Part shown: piece by piece, positions 1 through 9,912 of the stretch
Numbering within the stretch: position 1 is the stretch's first letter
Layout of the letters: the number at the start of each line of letters is the position of its first letter
From: an uncultured archaeon
Lineage (GTDB): Archaea; Thermoproteota; Nitrososphaeria; Nitrososphaerales; Gagatemarchaeaceae
Assembly: GCA_963817525.1 (NCBI GenBank)
Contig: CAWFOU010000001.1
Location: 864,001-928,000 of the forward strand
Reading direction: 5' to 3'
Length of the DNA stretch: 64,000 bases
Notes under the pieces: generated by a model
Databases searched by the model: none
Told to the model about the DNA's origin: nothing
The model's input: the letters and a program-made list of their open reading frames with translations, nothing else
Translations under genes and position numbers: made by a program

Positions 1-121
1 TGAACACGCTCGCCGCGGAGAGCTTTGGCATGAGCCGGGCCTGCAGCCTCACGGCCACGCTTGGGAGCGGGCAGAGGTACGCGAGGCGCTGCACCAGCAG
101 CTCGGGCGTCGGTCTCTCCAT
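1..121 (-). CDS. partial hypothetical protein (N-terminus; runs off the window)
   Basis: ATG at 121 on the minus strand, open to the window edge (MERPTPELLVQRLAYLC...); AT-rich divergent promoter-like stretch at about 127-148. Confidence 0.4.
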   Translation of the reverse strand, partial: MERPTPELLVQRLAYLCPLPSVAVRLQARLMPKLSAASVF

Positions 122-172
122 CGCCCTTTAGACTCGTGCTGCTTAAAAGCGGCAATTGAATCTCCGCGCGGC

Positions 173-793
173 GTGTACTACCAGCTGCTGATGCTGGCCT
201 CCCTCCTACTGGCAGGCTACCAGGACGCCCGGGAGCGGCTGGTCTCCGACTACTACTGGATCCCCGGGATAATCGCCGCCGTCCTCGCGGTGGCCTTTCT
301 TCCCTCGATGGACTTTGCGCTGGTGGCGAGGATCACGCTCATCGGCGTCATAGCGTTCGCGTTCGCCTGGTTCGGGTTCATCGGGCAGGCCGACGCCATC
401 GCCCTGACCCTCATCTCCTCCGACCCGACCCCTTACGCCCCCATACCCGTCCTCCTCGCGACGGGGGTGGTGGCGCTGGCGCACATCGGCTACCTCTACG
501 CGAATGGGACGACGAGGAAGCCCAAACTGATCACCCTCCAGGAGTTCCGGACGCAGGCCAAGTGGATACCAAAGGCGCTCATCGTCAACGGGGAGCGGCG
601 GGAGATAACGAACGACGTCAACGTCTCGCGGGAGCTCACGGAGGAGCACGCCAGCGCGGGGCCTGAGGACGCGACCACCATGGTAGAGGTGCAGTATGGG
701 GTCCCCCAGGTGACCTACATCGCCGCGGGGTTCGTGGTCTACGTGGCCTATCTCGCCATCTTCCAGCCCCACCTCCTCACGGCGCTCCCCTGA
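173..793 (+). CDS. A24-family prepilin/preflagellin peptidase-like membrane aspartic protease
   Basis: TM helices with QDARER and GQAD aspartate motifs; C-terminal YGVPQV plus TM as in archaeal FlaK/PibD-like proteins; TTAAAA 25-30 nt upstream. Confidence 0.7.
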   Translation: MYYQLLMLASLLLAGYQDARERLVSDYYWIPGIIAAVLAVAFLPSMDFALVARITLIGVIAFAFAWFGFIGQADAIALTLISSDPTPYAPIPVLLATGVVALAHIGYLYANGTTRKPKLITLQEFRTQAKWIPKALIVNGERREITNDVNVSRELTEEHASAGPEDATTMVEVQYGVPQVTYIAAGFVVYVAYLAIFQPHLLTALP

Positions 794-812
794 GCGCGAC
801 GGCAAGAGTAAA

Positions 813-1652
813 ATGGCCAGCGCGGGGCCGGCCTCGCGACAGCCATCCATGGTCAACTGGGAGTCCATCCTCAAGGAGGCGGGCGAGCAGGTCCAGAGCA
901 TCTCTGACAGTCTCAAGGGGAGGCAGCTAGGCCTGGAGGCTCAGGGTCAGGGGGCGGGAGGCGACATCACGATGAAGGTGGACGCCGACGCGGAGAGGAG
1001 CATCATGGACCTTGTGAAGGGGCAGGTCGACGACGTGAGGTTCGTGACCGAGGAGGCGGGGGTGGTCGGCCCCGCTGGCGCGGCCTGGACGGTGATAATC
1101 GACCCCATCGACGGCTCGATGAACTACGCGAGGGGGCTCCCCTTCTACTGCACCTCCATCGCGGTGCTCGACGGGCCCTCCCTCGAGGACGCGAAGTTCG
1201 GGATGGTGCGAAACCTCATCAGCGAGGAGTGCTACTTCGCGGAGAAGGGGCGCGGGGCAGAGAGGGACGGGAAGCCGATAAGGACCTCGAAGGCCAAGAA
1301 CCTCAAGGACTCGTGCGTCGGGATAGACATGTCCAAGGCCCCCCTCTCCACCGTGCAGAGGCTCGTCCCGCTCATCGCCGCGGTGAGGAAGCCCGCGCAC
1401 TTCGGGGCCAACGCCCTCGAGCAGGCCTTCTTGGCTGACGGGAAGGTCGACGCCTTCGTGGACATACGCGACAGGATGAGGGTCGTGGACTTTGCGGCGG
1501 GCTACCTCATCGCCAAGGAGGCGGGCGCGGTCATGTCCGACCCGCTGGGGAAGCCAGTGAACACCAAGGTGTCCCTCGAGGAGAAGTTCAACGTGGTCGC
1601 TTCGTGCAACTCGACGCTCCAGGAGAAGATCCTGAAGCTCCTCAGTCCTTGA
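813..1652 (+). CDS. suhB: inositol monophosphatase / FBPase (FIG superfamily)
   Basis: VTEEAG, IIDPIDGSMNY and VDFAAG motifs; true start may be ATG 849. Confidence 0.9.
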   Translation: MASAGPASRQPSMVNWESILKEAGEQVQSISDSLKGRQLGLEAQGQGAGGDITMKVDADAERSIMDLVKGQVDDVRFVTEEAGVVGPAGAAWTVIIDPIDGSMNYARGLPFYCTSIAVLDGPSLEDAKFGMVRNLISEECYFAEKGRGAERDGKPIRTSKAKNLKDSCVGIDMSKAPLSTVQRLVPLIAAVRKPAHFGANALEQAFLADGKVDAFVDIRDRMRVVDFAAGYLIAKEAGAVMSDPLGKPVNTKVSLEEKFNVVASCNSTLQEKILKLLSP

Positions 1653-2241
1653 CCCAGGGGGAGGCCGCAAACTCGGCGACGCTCCTGTAGAGCGCATCGG
1701 CGGGGGGGCTGTCGGGCCTCTTCCTGATCATCACGAAGCGCACCCCCGCGGCGCGCGCGGCCTTCAGGTCGTTTATCCTGTCCCCGACGAAGACCGCCTC
1801 CGCTTCCTTCGCCTCTAGGCTTGCGAGGGCCATCCGGACCTGCGCCGTCCTGTCCATCGAGTCCTCGCGCGTGAAGCTCGAGGCGAAGAACCTCCCTATG
1901 CTCAGCCCCTCGAGCACCCTGTCGCACGCCGCCCTCCCCTGCATCGTGACCAGGGAGAGCTTCGCCCCGCCTGAGAGGGAGGAGAGGGCATCCATCGCGC
2001 CGTCCTCGAGCCTCGCCTGCGGGACGGCCAGCGCCTCGTACTTGTCGATGGTCCTCATGATGGGGCCGAGGAGGAGCGGGTCATTGGCCACGACGTTCTG
2101 GACGTCGAGGAAGAACGGGGCGAACTCGAGCGACGTGCCAGTGAGCCCGCGCAACTCCTCCCTCACCTTGTCCCACTGCACCGGGAGGGAGATGAGGGTC
2201 CCGTCCAGGTCGAAGACGAAGTACCTGGTACCCGCGTCCAA
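1642..2241 (-). CDS. HAD-family hydrolase (phosphoglycolate phosphatase-like)
   Basis: FDLDGTL motif I and VGDRINDLKAA motif IV; start placed at TTG 2241 because the ORF extension overlaps the upstream gene. Confidence 0.85.
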   Translation of the reverse strand: MDAGTRYFVFDLDGTLISLPVQWDKVREELRGLTGTSLEFAPFFLDVQNVVANDPLLLGPIMRTIDKYEALAVPQARLEDGAMDALSSLSGGAKLSLVTMQGRAACDRVLEGLSIGRFFASSFTREDSMDRTAQVRMALASLEAKEAEAVFVGDRINDLKAARAAGVRFVMIRKRPDSPPADALYRSVAEFAASPWVKD

Positions 2242-2246
2242 AGCGA

Positions 2247-3329
2247 CTAGAGCACCTTCTGCTTGAAGCCGTCCTCTCTCCAGAGGTATGCGCCCACGTC
2301 CATGTCTCTGAGCAGGTAGTAGCCCGCGGGGAGGAGGTCGGTCAGCGGGGGCTTGTCGGGCACGTCCTCGTCCATGCCGAGCTTTACGTATAGGTCGGCG
2401 AGGTTGGCGTACTCCGGCATCCCCAAGTGCTTCACCGCGATGTAGCCCCAGAGAGGCATGGTCGAGTGGAACTTGCCCGCGTCGACCTCTGTGATACACG
2501 GGTTCCCCTCGGCAGACTCCTTCACGTCGACCGAGTAGGCGCCGTCGGGCCTGGGGTCGATTGCCTTCACCGCCCGCTCGCCCACCTCGTTGAGGTGCGC
2601 GTCGTGGATCGTCCTAGAGACCGAGGGGGTCCCCGTGATGCCCGAAGGTGAGATGTGCCTGAAGGGGTACTCCAGCCTCTCGCGCGAGTACGAGGTGACG
2701 AGCTCCCCTCCCTTCCAGATGCTGTCCCAGGCGATGTTCCTCCCGGGGAGGAACTCCTGGAGGATGAACTCGTCGTACCCCACGCCGCCCCTCTTGACCC
2801 AGAGCTCGATCCACAGCCTCGCCTCCTCGGCGTCCGCGCAGAGCAGGCTGAGCCTACCCCCGGCCCCGTGCCTCGCCCTGACCCAGAGCGGCTTGCCGAG
2901 CTCCGAGAAGGCCGCGCGGACGTCCGCCTTGCCCTCTATCGCCACCGTGTTTGCGACGGGGATCGCCTCTGCCCTCAGCCTTTTCTCTGAGAGGAGCTTG
3001 TCCTGCCCGACCCGCATGACCTTCGCGGAGGGGAGGAAGACCTTGCAGGGGACGCTCGCCCTCTTGCTCGCGATGACGTAGGCCTCGCTCGAGGGCTGAG
3101 GGTGGAGAAAGTCCACCCTCTCCTTGGAGGCTATCTCCGCGACGCGCGGGATGAACGACTTGTCGCTGTGCTTCGGGGTGAGGTACCTTGCGTCGACCTC
3201 GGGATAGAGGATGTGGTATTTGTTGTAGTCCGTCCCCACGATGTAGTAATCGCTCTTCGAGGCCCTGAGCGCGCGGACGAAGTTCACCCCGGCGAGCCCG
3301 CCGGAGCCCGTGACCAGCACTCTAGTCAT
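2247..3329 (-). CDS. ATP-grasp domain protein (carbamoyl-phosphate synthase-like ligase)
   Basis: N-terminal VLVTGSGG, GQDK, ILQEFLPG and CITEVDAGKF ATP-grasp signatures. Confidence 0.8.
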   Translation of the reverse strand: MTRVLVTGSGGLAGVNFVRALRASKSDYYIVGTDYNKYHILYPEVDARYLTPKHSDKSFIPRVAEIASKERVDFLHPQPSSEAYVIASKRASVPCKVFLPSAKVMRVGQDKLLSEKRLRAEAIPVANTVAIEGKADVRAAFSELGKPLWVRARHGAGGRLSLLCADAEEARLWIELWVKRGGVGYDEFILQEFLPGRNIAWDSIWKGGELVTSYSRERLEYPFRHISPSGITGTPSVSRTIHDAHLNEVGERAVKAIDPRPDGAYSVDVKESAEGNPCITEVDAGKFHSTMPLWGYIAVKHLGMPEYANLADLYVKLGMDEDVPDKPPLTDLLPAGYYLLRDMDVGAYLWREDGFKQKVL

Positions 3330-3336
3330 TTGGCGC

Positions 3337-4575
3337 TCATGCTCCCGAGACCCTCATCTTGAACGACGGGCCTGAGGGCGAGATGAGCAGTCCCCCGCCC
3401 TTCTTGGCGACCGAACCCGAGGCGACCTCGACCTTCGACCCCGCCCGCGTCTTGACCAAGAGTGCAAGGCCCTTGGGCGGGCGAGCACCCAGAGTGATCT
3501 CGCCGCCCTCAGTGACTTTCAGGGGCACCTCGCGCGCGCGCCACCACCTTGCTATGTCCGCGCCGCTCCCCACGAATATCCCCTTCCTCCGGCCCAGGCC
3601 CCTCAGCACCTTCCAATAGACCCTCCCGCCCCTCATCCTCACGGCCTCCTGGTGCCACAGGAGGGTGAACAGTCCTTCGACGCCCTCTACGGCCTCCATC
3701 GACGCCTTCACGTCCGCGAGCCCCTCCTCCTCCGTCTTCTTGAGGTAGCCCCAGAGCGTGGTGTCCATCAGCGAGAGCGGGAGCTCCAGGAGGAGGAGAG
3801 GCTTCCACCCGTCGTCCGGGGGATGGAAGGGGAGCGCGAGGCCGAGCTTGAAGCCAAGCCTGTCGTTCGTACCCACGGTGGTGTCGTAGTCGAACCCAGC
3901 ACCATCCATCACCTTCCATGACTTGGCAAAGTCGAACCTGAGGTAGTGCTCCCTAAGGCCGCGGGGCCTCACGCCTATCCCGTCTGTCAGTCGCTCCACG
4001 GCCTTCGCCATCTCCTCCTCGGAGTCGTGGGTCCCAAAGTCGCCGTGGAGCCCGACCTCCCATCCCTTGGCGTCGAGCCTCCTCGCCGAGGCCCTGACTT
4101 TTTCGAGCGGGTACTCCGCGGACATCAGGTAGAAGCTCGAGTGGAAGCCCTCGGCCCCTTCCCTTTCGCGGATGAGGTCGATGTTGTCGTAGAGCGATAT
4201 GAGGCCCTTCCTGGCCTTTCGAAGGTCCGCCGCGCTGAAGCGGTCCTTCACCTTCTCGATGTGGTCCCAGGGGCGCTCGATGTTGTCCACGTCGTGGGTC
4301 AGGCAGACGGCGAGCGGGGCCGCGCGGGGCCACCTCGCCTTGCGGACGAAGAACCCGTCCCTCTCGACGGAGGACCGCTCGAGCTCCGCGAGGAACTCCA
4401 TGACCCTGTATTCCAAGGACGGCGTGGCCGAGTCCTTGGGGGGAGTGCCGCCGAGGACCGAGCACAGTTCGTCGACCAGGTCTGCGGGGACGTCTTCTGG
4501 GCGGAGGCAGCCCGAGGCCAGCCCGAGGCTCCCCTCCAAGAAGCCCGCCGCGTAGACCGTCCGCGGGCCTGTCAA
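3337..4575 (-). CDS. polysaccharide deacetylase-family protein
   Basis: LTHDVD, EVGLHG, REHYLRF, FDYDTT, ELPLSLMD and LLWHQ CE4-like motifs. Confidence 0.8.
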   Translation of the reverse strand: MTGPRTVYAAGFLEGSLGLASGCLRPEDVPADLVDELCSVLGGTPPKDSATPSLEYRVMEFLAELERSSVERDGFFVRKARWPRAAPLAVCLTHDVDNIERPWDHIEKVKDRFSAADLRKARKGLISLYDNIDLIREREGAEGFHSSFYLMSAEYPLEKVRASARRLDAKGWEVGLHGDFGTHDSEEEMAKAVERLTDGIGVRPRGLREHYLRFDFAKSWKVMDGAGFDYDTTVGTNDRLGFKLGLALPFHPPDDGWKPLLLLELPLSLMDTTLWGYLKKTEEEGLADVKASMEAVEGVEGLFTLLWHQEAVRMRGGRVYWKVLRGLGRRKGIFVGSGADIARWWRAREVPLKVTEGGEITLGARPPKGLALLVKTRAGSKVEVASGSVAKKGGGLLISPSGPSFKMRVSGA

Positions 4576-5540
4576 CTCGCTCCCGCTCCGCGGTCCAGGG
4601 AGGGGAAGAGCGTGGCGAGGTGGGCCTCGATCTTCTGCTGCACCTCATCGAAGGGGGCCGTGGCGTCGATGACCGGATAACCGTCCCTCTTCGCGATCTC
4701 CAGGTATTCCTGTCTCTCCGACTCCAGGACCTCCCTCGGGTAGTGGATGTGGGTCACGCGCTCGTCTATCACCCGCAGCGACCTGTCCACGGGGACGTTG
4801 AGCACGAGGGCGAAGGTGGGCCTGGGCGACAGGTAGAGGCCCGAGATGGCCGTCACCGGGTAACCCAACGCCTTGTACTTGATGTAGGTGCTCCAGATGA
4901 ACCTGTCGTAGATCACGACCTTGCCTTCGAGCCGGCATCCCGCAGAGCTGTAGAGCTGCATGACCAGGTTGTCCAGGAGCGAAAGGACTGGCCTGAGAGG
5001 GTTGCCGCCTCGCTTGAACCGGAACCTGTCTGCCCCTCCGACCGCGCTACCTCCGGGGACCCTTATCGAGGCCAGCCGCTCGACGAAGAGATACCTATGG
5101 AAAGGCATGACGTCGCTCGAGTATCCCCGCGCCTCGAGCCACCTTCCCGTGGCCGTCGAGTGGGTGGACTTGCCGCTGCCATCGATGCCGAGGAAGGCGA
5201 TGGACCCGCCTTTCTTCCCGGTCATCAAGGCGTGGAGCGCCCTCCTTTGGAACTCGTCGTTGAGGAAGAGTGCGGAGACGAGCAGGAGGACCCCCGCCGA
5301 GGGGAAGATGAAGGCCCCCGTGAGCGTCATGAGGAACCCGCCGAGGGAGGCGAGGAAGACCCTGAGCGCGTTGGGGACGTCGTTGAGAGGGTCGAGGTGC
5401 TTCGCGAAGCTAGCGGCCACCCCGTAGGCGCCGAAGGCCGCCCCGAAGAAGATCGGCAGGAGGACCCCCGCGATTGGGATGAGAAGCGCGAGCAAGAGCG
5501 TGACGGCGAAGAATGCTGCCGAGACGACTTTCATCTTCAA
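4572..5540 (-). CDS. thymidylate-kinase-like P-loop kinase with N-terminal membrane domain
   Basis: GIDGSGKST P-loop and YDRF motif, preceded by about 95 hydrophobic residues (3-4 TM). Confidence 0.75.
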   Translation of the reverse strand: MKMKVVSAAFFAVTLLLALLIPIAGVLLPIFFGAAFGAYGVAASFAKHLDPLNDVPNALRVFLASLGGFLMTLTGAFIFPSAGVLLLVSALFLNDEFQRRALHALMTGKKGGSIAFLGIDGSGKSTHSTATGRWLEARGYSSDVMPFHRYLFVERLASIRVPGGSAVGGADRFRFKRGGNPLRPVLSLLDNLVMQLYSSAGCRLEGKVVIYDRFIWSTYIKYKALGYPVTAISGLYLSPRPTFALVLNVPVDRSLRVIDERVTHIHYPREVLESERQEYLEIAKRDGYPVIDATAPFDEVQQKIEAHLATLFPSLDRGAGAS

Positions 5541-5666
5541 TGCGATTGCACGCTCTCCTTACGGGCTCCCGGCTGAGCCCCTTAATTATCTCGCTCAAGA
5601 AATGGGCGTAAGCGATCGGGCGCACGTAGCGTGCTGGTCTACGGGCGGTTTCTGTGAGCGGGGCGT

Positions 5667-5807
5667 CTACCGCTCGTCTCTGCTGTCCCTCACATCTCGG
5701 ACAATCTGCCAGTCAGGTATCTTGCTGAGGATTGCTTGGGCTTTCCTAAGCCCTTCTTCTAGCTCGCGCTGCCTTTTCCTGCTCATCCTCGGCTTTCGCT
5801 CGCCCAT
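5667..5807 (-). CDS. small orphan VapB-like antitoxin fragment
   Basis: C-terminus IVRDVRDSRDER resembles archaeal antitoxin tails (compare QVRKDRDDHS of the neighbour); no cognate PIN gene downstream. Confidence 0.4.
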   Translation of the reverse strand: MGERKPRMSRKRQRELEEGLRKAQAILSKIPDWQIVRDVRDSRDER

Positions 5808-5903
5808 AGTCAGCACTAAAGCTTGACTTGCAGATAAGCGCCTTGGTCTCACAGGGCTGTGGAACGCATCGATGTTTATATACGCGTAAACAATCTTGCT
5901 TAC

Positions 5904-6137
5904 ATGATGAGTGAAGTCATCAGCGTAAGAGTTCGGAGGGGGGTCAAGAGAGAACTCGAGGCGGCAGGCATCAACACGTCAGAAGAGGTCAAGAGCTACC
6001 TGGAGGAACTCGCTTGGAAGACAAGAAGCAAGCGAGCATTGGACGAAATGAACGAGGTCATTAACGAGAGGGTGAAACCCTCGAGGAAGGGATTCGCCTC
6101 GGCGCAGGTAAGGAAAGACCGCGATGACCATAGTTGA
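5904..6137 (+). CDS. vapB: VapB-type antitoxin (RHH)
   Basis: MSEVISVRV RHH strand; overlaps the downstream PIN gene; TTTATA about 25 nt upstream. Confidence 0.8.
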   Translation: MMSEVISVRVRRGVKRELEAAGINTSEEVKSYLEELAWKTRSKRALDEMNEVINERVKPSRKGFASAQVRKDRDDHS

Positions 6138-6510
6138 CTCTTCGGCCTATGTGAAATATTTCGCCAAGGAGCCAGGTTGGGACGAGGCCGCGAGTCACCT
6201 TGTCCAGCCCACCAGCATCGGGCTGGCGTTCGCCGAGGTGGCGAACGCGCTTTCAAAGAAGGTCGCGCTCGACGAAATGAGCCAGGACGATGCCGAGCTG
6301 CTACTACGCAAGATGATGGAGGTCACGAGACTAGTCGGAGGCGTCGAATCCGTCGTCCCAGCGATCAAATTATCCAGGGAGAAGCGGATTACGGTCTACG
6401 ACGCTCTATTCATCGTGGCGGCGCTCGAGTACAAACTCGGATTGACGACATGCGACGCCAAACAGGCACGAGCCGCCCAAGAGCTCGGCATCTCGGTGGA
6501 CATCGTCTGA
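6124..6510 (+). CDS. vapC: VapC PIN-domain toxin
   Basis: IVDSSA, AEVANAL, TVYDALF and TCDAKQ acidic PIN motifs. Confidence 0.9.
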   Translation: MTIVDSSAYVKYFAKEPGWDEAASHLVQPTSIGLAFAEVANALSKKVALDEMSQDDAELLLRKMMEVTRLVGGVESVVPAIKLSREKRITVYDALFIVAALEYKLGLTTCDAKQARAAQELGISVDIV

Positions 6511-6616
6511 CATGGGGCCGTCCCATGCTCCTCGGCCACGGCACGCACTGAACGTGCTCCAAAGCAACACTGAAAGCACGAGCCCGACAGGCCCGGGCTC
6601 TCGGACTCTGAAAGGC

Positions 6617-8107
6617 TTGGGCTCGCAAATCTCCCTGAGAAGGACCGGGCTGGTGGTCTTCGGCGCCAGGATCGTGAGCATCTTCACGGGCCTGGTCTTC
6701 CTGGTGATGATGACCCGCTCCCTCTCGGCCCAGCAGTTCGGGCTCTACGAGGTCATCACCGACCTCGTGGCCTTCGCGGCCTACCCCGCTGGCCTGGTCG
6801 CATTCTGGGCCACCAGGGACATCGCGCGCGGGAAGATGTTCGGCAAGACCGCGATAGCGCTCAACATCGCCCTCAGCGCATTCGGCATCCTGATCTACGT
6901 CGCCCTATCCTACTTCAGCGCGTCGAGGATCCCCTCAGCCAACCTCGTCACGCTGCTCTTCGCGGTCCTCCTCGTCCCCGTCTCATACTTCAACCAGGCA
7001 GCGAACTCCGTGGTGGCCGGGCACAGGCCCGTGGTGCTGGGGTACGCGGTCATCTTCTCCGAAGCTGCCAAGCTGGCCGTCGCCTTTCCCCTCCTCATCG
7101 TCTACAAGGTCGGGATAGACGGGGTGATCCTCGCCGTGATGGTGGCGAACCTGGCCCAGGGCATCTCGTCGGCCGCGCTGGCCGGCGACGCGACCTCCAG
7201 TCCCGTGAGCATCGAGCAGGGGAGGAGGTGGCTCGCCCACTCGTGGCTCCCCATGCTGACGACCCTCCCGCTCATCCTCAGCGTCGCTGACACATTCATC
7301 GCCTCGCTCACCGACGCCAACACGGTACTGGTGGGGCACTACCAGGCCGCCTTCTCCGTGGCGAGCCTCGCCGGATACTCCCTCTACCTTGCCTCGGCGA
7401 TGTACCCCCTCCTCCTAAAGGGCGGGAGCGACGAGGTGATGTCCATGACGCTCGACCTCGCGCTCGCCTTCGGCATCCCGATGGCGGTCGGTGCGGCCGT
7501 CCTCGCCACGCCGATCCTCCACATCCTCAACCCCACCTACCTCGACGCCAGCACCGCGCTGGGCATCCTCGCCATAGCCGCGCTCGCCAACACGGTCTCC
7601 GCAGTATTCGACCAGACGCTCCTCGGCAAGGACAGGGTGGACGTCGACGAGTCCGCCAAGGTCAAGGACTACCTCAGAAGCAGTATACTCTTCGTCGCCG
7701 CCGTCGACCTCGCCCTCGCCGCCACCTACCTCTTCTCGGTCTACCTGACCGCGACCTACGGGCTCTCCGCGGGGCTCTCCATCGGGTCGACCCTCGACGT
7801 CTGGGCCGGCGCCCAGCTCTCGGTCTTCACCTTCTTCCTCTTCGTGAAGGCTGCGCGAATACGCAAGCTGGGGAAGCTGGCCATACCCCGCTCCGTGGGG
7901 TACTACGTCGTTGGGGCGGGGATAATGGCGTTCGTCCTGGTCCTGCTGGAGCCGTTCATCCTATACCACCAGGGGACGTTCTTCCTCGCGTTCGAGCTTG
8001 TCCTGGTGAGCGGCGTGGGGCTGGCCGCCTACGGGTCGTTCGTCCTAGCTCTCGACAAGAATCTCAGGGACTTTTTCCGGAGGGCGATCAAGGAGGGCTT
8101 CGCCTGA
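6617..8107 (+). CDS. Wzx/MOP-family flippase-like polysaccharide biosynthesis membrane protein
   Basis: About 13-14 TM segments; TRSLSAQQFGLY MOP-type motif; likely TTG start at 6617 (ORF open from 6512). Confidence 0.75.
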   Translation: MGSQISLRRTGLVVFGARIVSIFTGLVFLVMMTRSLSAQQFGLYEVITDLVAFAAYPAGLVAFWATRDIARGKMFGKTAIALNIALSAFGILIYVALSYFSASRIPSANLVTLLFAVLLVPVSYFNQAANSVVAGHRPVVLGYAVIFSEAAKLAVAFPLLIVYKVGIDGVILAVMVANLAQGISSAALAGDATSSPVSIEQGRRWLAHSWLPMLTTLPLILSVADTFIASLTDANTVLVGHYQAAFSVASLAGYSLYLASAMYPLLLKGGSDEVMSMTLDLALAFGIPMAVGAAVLATPILHILNPTYLDASTALGILAIAALANTVSAVFDQTLLGKDRVDVDESAKVKDYLRSSILFVAAVDLALAATYLFSVYLTATYGLSAGLSIGSTLDVWAGAQLSVFTFFLFVKAARIRKLGKLAIPRSVGYYVVGAGIMAFVLVLLEPFILYHQGTFFLAFELVLVSGVGLAAYGSFVLALDKNLRDFFRRAIKEGFA

Positions 8108-8414
8108 GCTCCCGCGCGTCCCTCTCAGAGAAGACCTCCTCTATCCCGTAGCGCTGCATTATCGAAGACGCCACGGCTTCCGTGAGGCTGACCTTCTGGT
8201 ATCTCCTCGACCTCTTCAGGGAGCCGGGAGCGGCCTCTTCGACGTGGACGACCGTGACGGACGCGCGAGGCATCCCCAGACCGAGAGCCCTTGCCGCGAC
8301 GCTCACCCTCGCGCAAGGCCTCTTGAGCCAGAGGAGCCTCGCCCTCCCGGCCCGCCTGAGCCTCCTCAGCGGCTCGTCGTCTATGATGAACCTGAAGCGC
8401 ACCACCGACCTCAC
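8088..8414 (-). pseudogene. degenerate VapC PIN-domain remnant
   Basis: C-terminal VSLTEAVASSIMQRYGIEEVFSERD matches the PIN tail pattern (LSxxDA...IxEIxSxDxDF) but catalytic Asp residues are altered and the middle is garbled. Confidence 0.55.
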
Positions 8415-8453
8415 CAGTTGAAGAGACTAGCTGCCGCCGCGATATAAGCGCGC

Positions 8454-9506
8454 CTAGCCTTCGACCAGCCGCCTCAGCGAGGCGACCTCCTCTCCGTGCA
8501 GGGCCGTCAACTCGTCCTGCTTTCGCCTGACCCTCGCCGCCCACTCCGCCCTCGCCGGTCCCGAGCAGAGCCGCCCTACTTTCTCCGCGACGTCGTCGAC
8601 CGTGGAGTCCGCATAGAGGAGCGTGTCCCCGAAGAGCTCCTCGACGGCCTCCTCCTTGGACGAGATGACGGGCAGGGAGCTCGCCACGAACTCGAAGAGG
8701 ACGTGGGAGAGCGTGTACGGCTCGTCGGTGATGTTGATCGCAAAGTCCGCGGAGGCCTTCAAGGACTCGTAGACCTCCCTCTTCAGGAAGCCCGCGTACT
8801 TCACGTTGGGCGGGAGGTTCAGCGCCGCGAACCTCCTCTCCAGCTTCTCGGTCGGGCCGCTCACAACGAGCGACACGCCAGCTTCCCTCTCCCTGCCGAC
8901 GGCCGCGGCCTCGACCTCGAGCCTCTCCAGCGGGTGCCCTCCGTGAGAGGAGATGGCGAGGAGCGGCCCCGCGGCCATCTCGCGCCTGAGGGCCTCGTCG
9001 CGCCTCATCTCGTTCTTGGGCACGTAGTCGTGGTAGACCAGGACCCTCCTCGCGCCCATCTTCACCAGCATCCTCCCCCAGAAGCTGTGTGGCGCGGTGT
9101 TGGCGTCAGCCGCCCGCGAGACCACCTGCTCAAGGAACGCTATCCCGCGCGCGAGGGGGCTCCGCCCCGCCAGGGTCTTGACGCTCCAGATGGAGTGGTG
9201 GTCGACGACGAGCCTCGCGCCCGTGAGCCGGCAGTAGAGGAGGCAGGTGAGAGGGCAGAAGATGGGCGGGTTCTGGGCGTAGACCACGCGGGGGCGCTTC
9301 TGGGCCAGGATGAAGAGCGTCCTGAAGAAGAGGGCGAGGTAGCGGACGGGGGCGAAGTACCGAGGGCCGTAGAGCACGGTGATGCTCACTCGCTCGGCAC
9401 CCACCACCTCGGCAAGCTCATCCCCGCGAAATCCGAATGGCACCCAGCACAAGGACTTACCAGTATACTTTCGCAAGGGCTTAGTTCTAACCGGCAGCGT
9501 CTTCAC
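8454..9506 (-). CDS. GT4-like glycosyltransferase
   Basis: AQNPP, VVDHH, YAGFL and FEFVASSLPVISS GT-B motifs; start uncertain (9476/9506/9551). Confidence 0.75.
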   Translation of the reverse strand: MKTLPVRTKPLRKYTGKSLCWVPFGFRGDELAEVVGAERVSITVLYGPRYFAPVRYLALFFRTLFILAQKRPRVVYAQNPPIFCPLTCLLYCRLTGARLVVDHHSIWSVKTLAGRSPLARGIAFLEQVVSRAADANTAPHSFWGRMLVKMGARRVLVYHDYVPKNEMRRDEALRREMAAGPLLAISSHGGHPLERLEVEAAAVGREREAGVSLVVSGPTEKLERRFAALNLPPNVKYAGFLKREVYESLKASADFAINITDEPYTLSHVLFEFVASSLPVISSKEEAVEELFGDTLLYADSTVDDVAEKVGRLCSGPARAEWAARVRRKQDELTALHGEEVASLRRLVEG

Positions 9507-9654
9507 ATCTGAAGGCGGTCCATATAAAGGATGAACTCGAGTTCCTCTCAAACCTAGAGCCAGCCGGGAGCCTATGTCGCCAGTCGGATAGCGGACCTCA
9601 TGATTTCAGACCGGTTCATGGTGCTGCTTAAATACATGGGAGCGCTCTTGAGTC

Positions 9655-9912
9655 ATGAGAACGTTGTCGGAGCAGAGGGCTATCAGGAGCAAGGTTTCGC
9701 CGGGCTTCCAGGTCGCCGTCCCTGCCGAGCTGAGGAAGAGGTTCGGGGTGGGGGTGGGCGACGAGGTCGTATGGATATTAGAGGGGGACCAGGTCAGGGC
9801 GGACTTCAAGAGGAGGCCGAGCCTCGAGAGCATAGTTTCCCTCGGAGCAAGCGGTCTCAAGGGGGCAGACGCCGTAGAGTCGAAGAAGAGGGCGCAGAGG
9901 GGAGAGGACTGA
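9655..9912 (+). CDS. AbrB/MazE-family antitoxin
   Basis: SKVSPGFQVAVPAELRKRFGVGVGDEVVW AbrB signature. Confidence 0.85.
   Translation: MRTLSEQRAIRSKVSPGFQVAVPAELRKRFGVGVGDEVVWILEGDQVRADFKRRPSLESIVSLGASGLKGADAVESKKRAQRGED

Noticed and set aside
206-9512. Long antisense or alternate-frame ORFs (e.g. 206-916, 927-1697, 4620-5576, 8496-9512)
   Set aside because: Shadow ORFs of GC-rich genes with Arg/Gly/Pro-rich translations and no motifs, unlike the +1 ORF in the intein, which has a clear family motif in lower-GC DNA.
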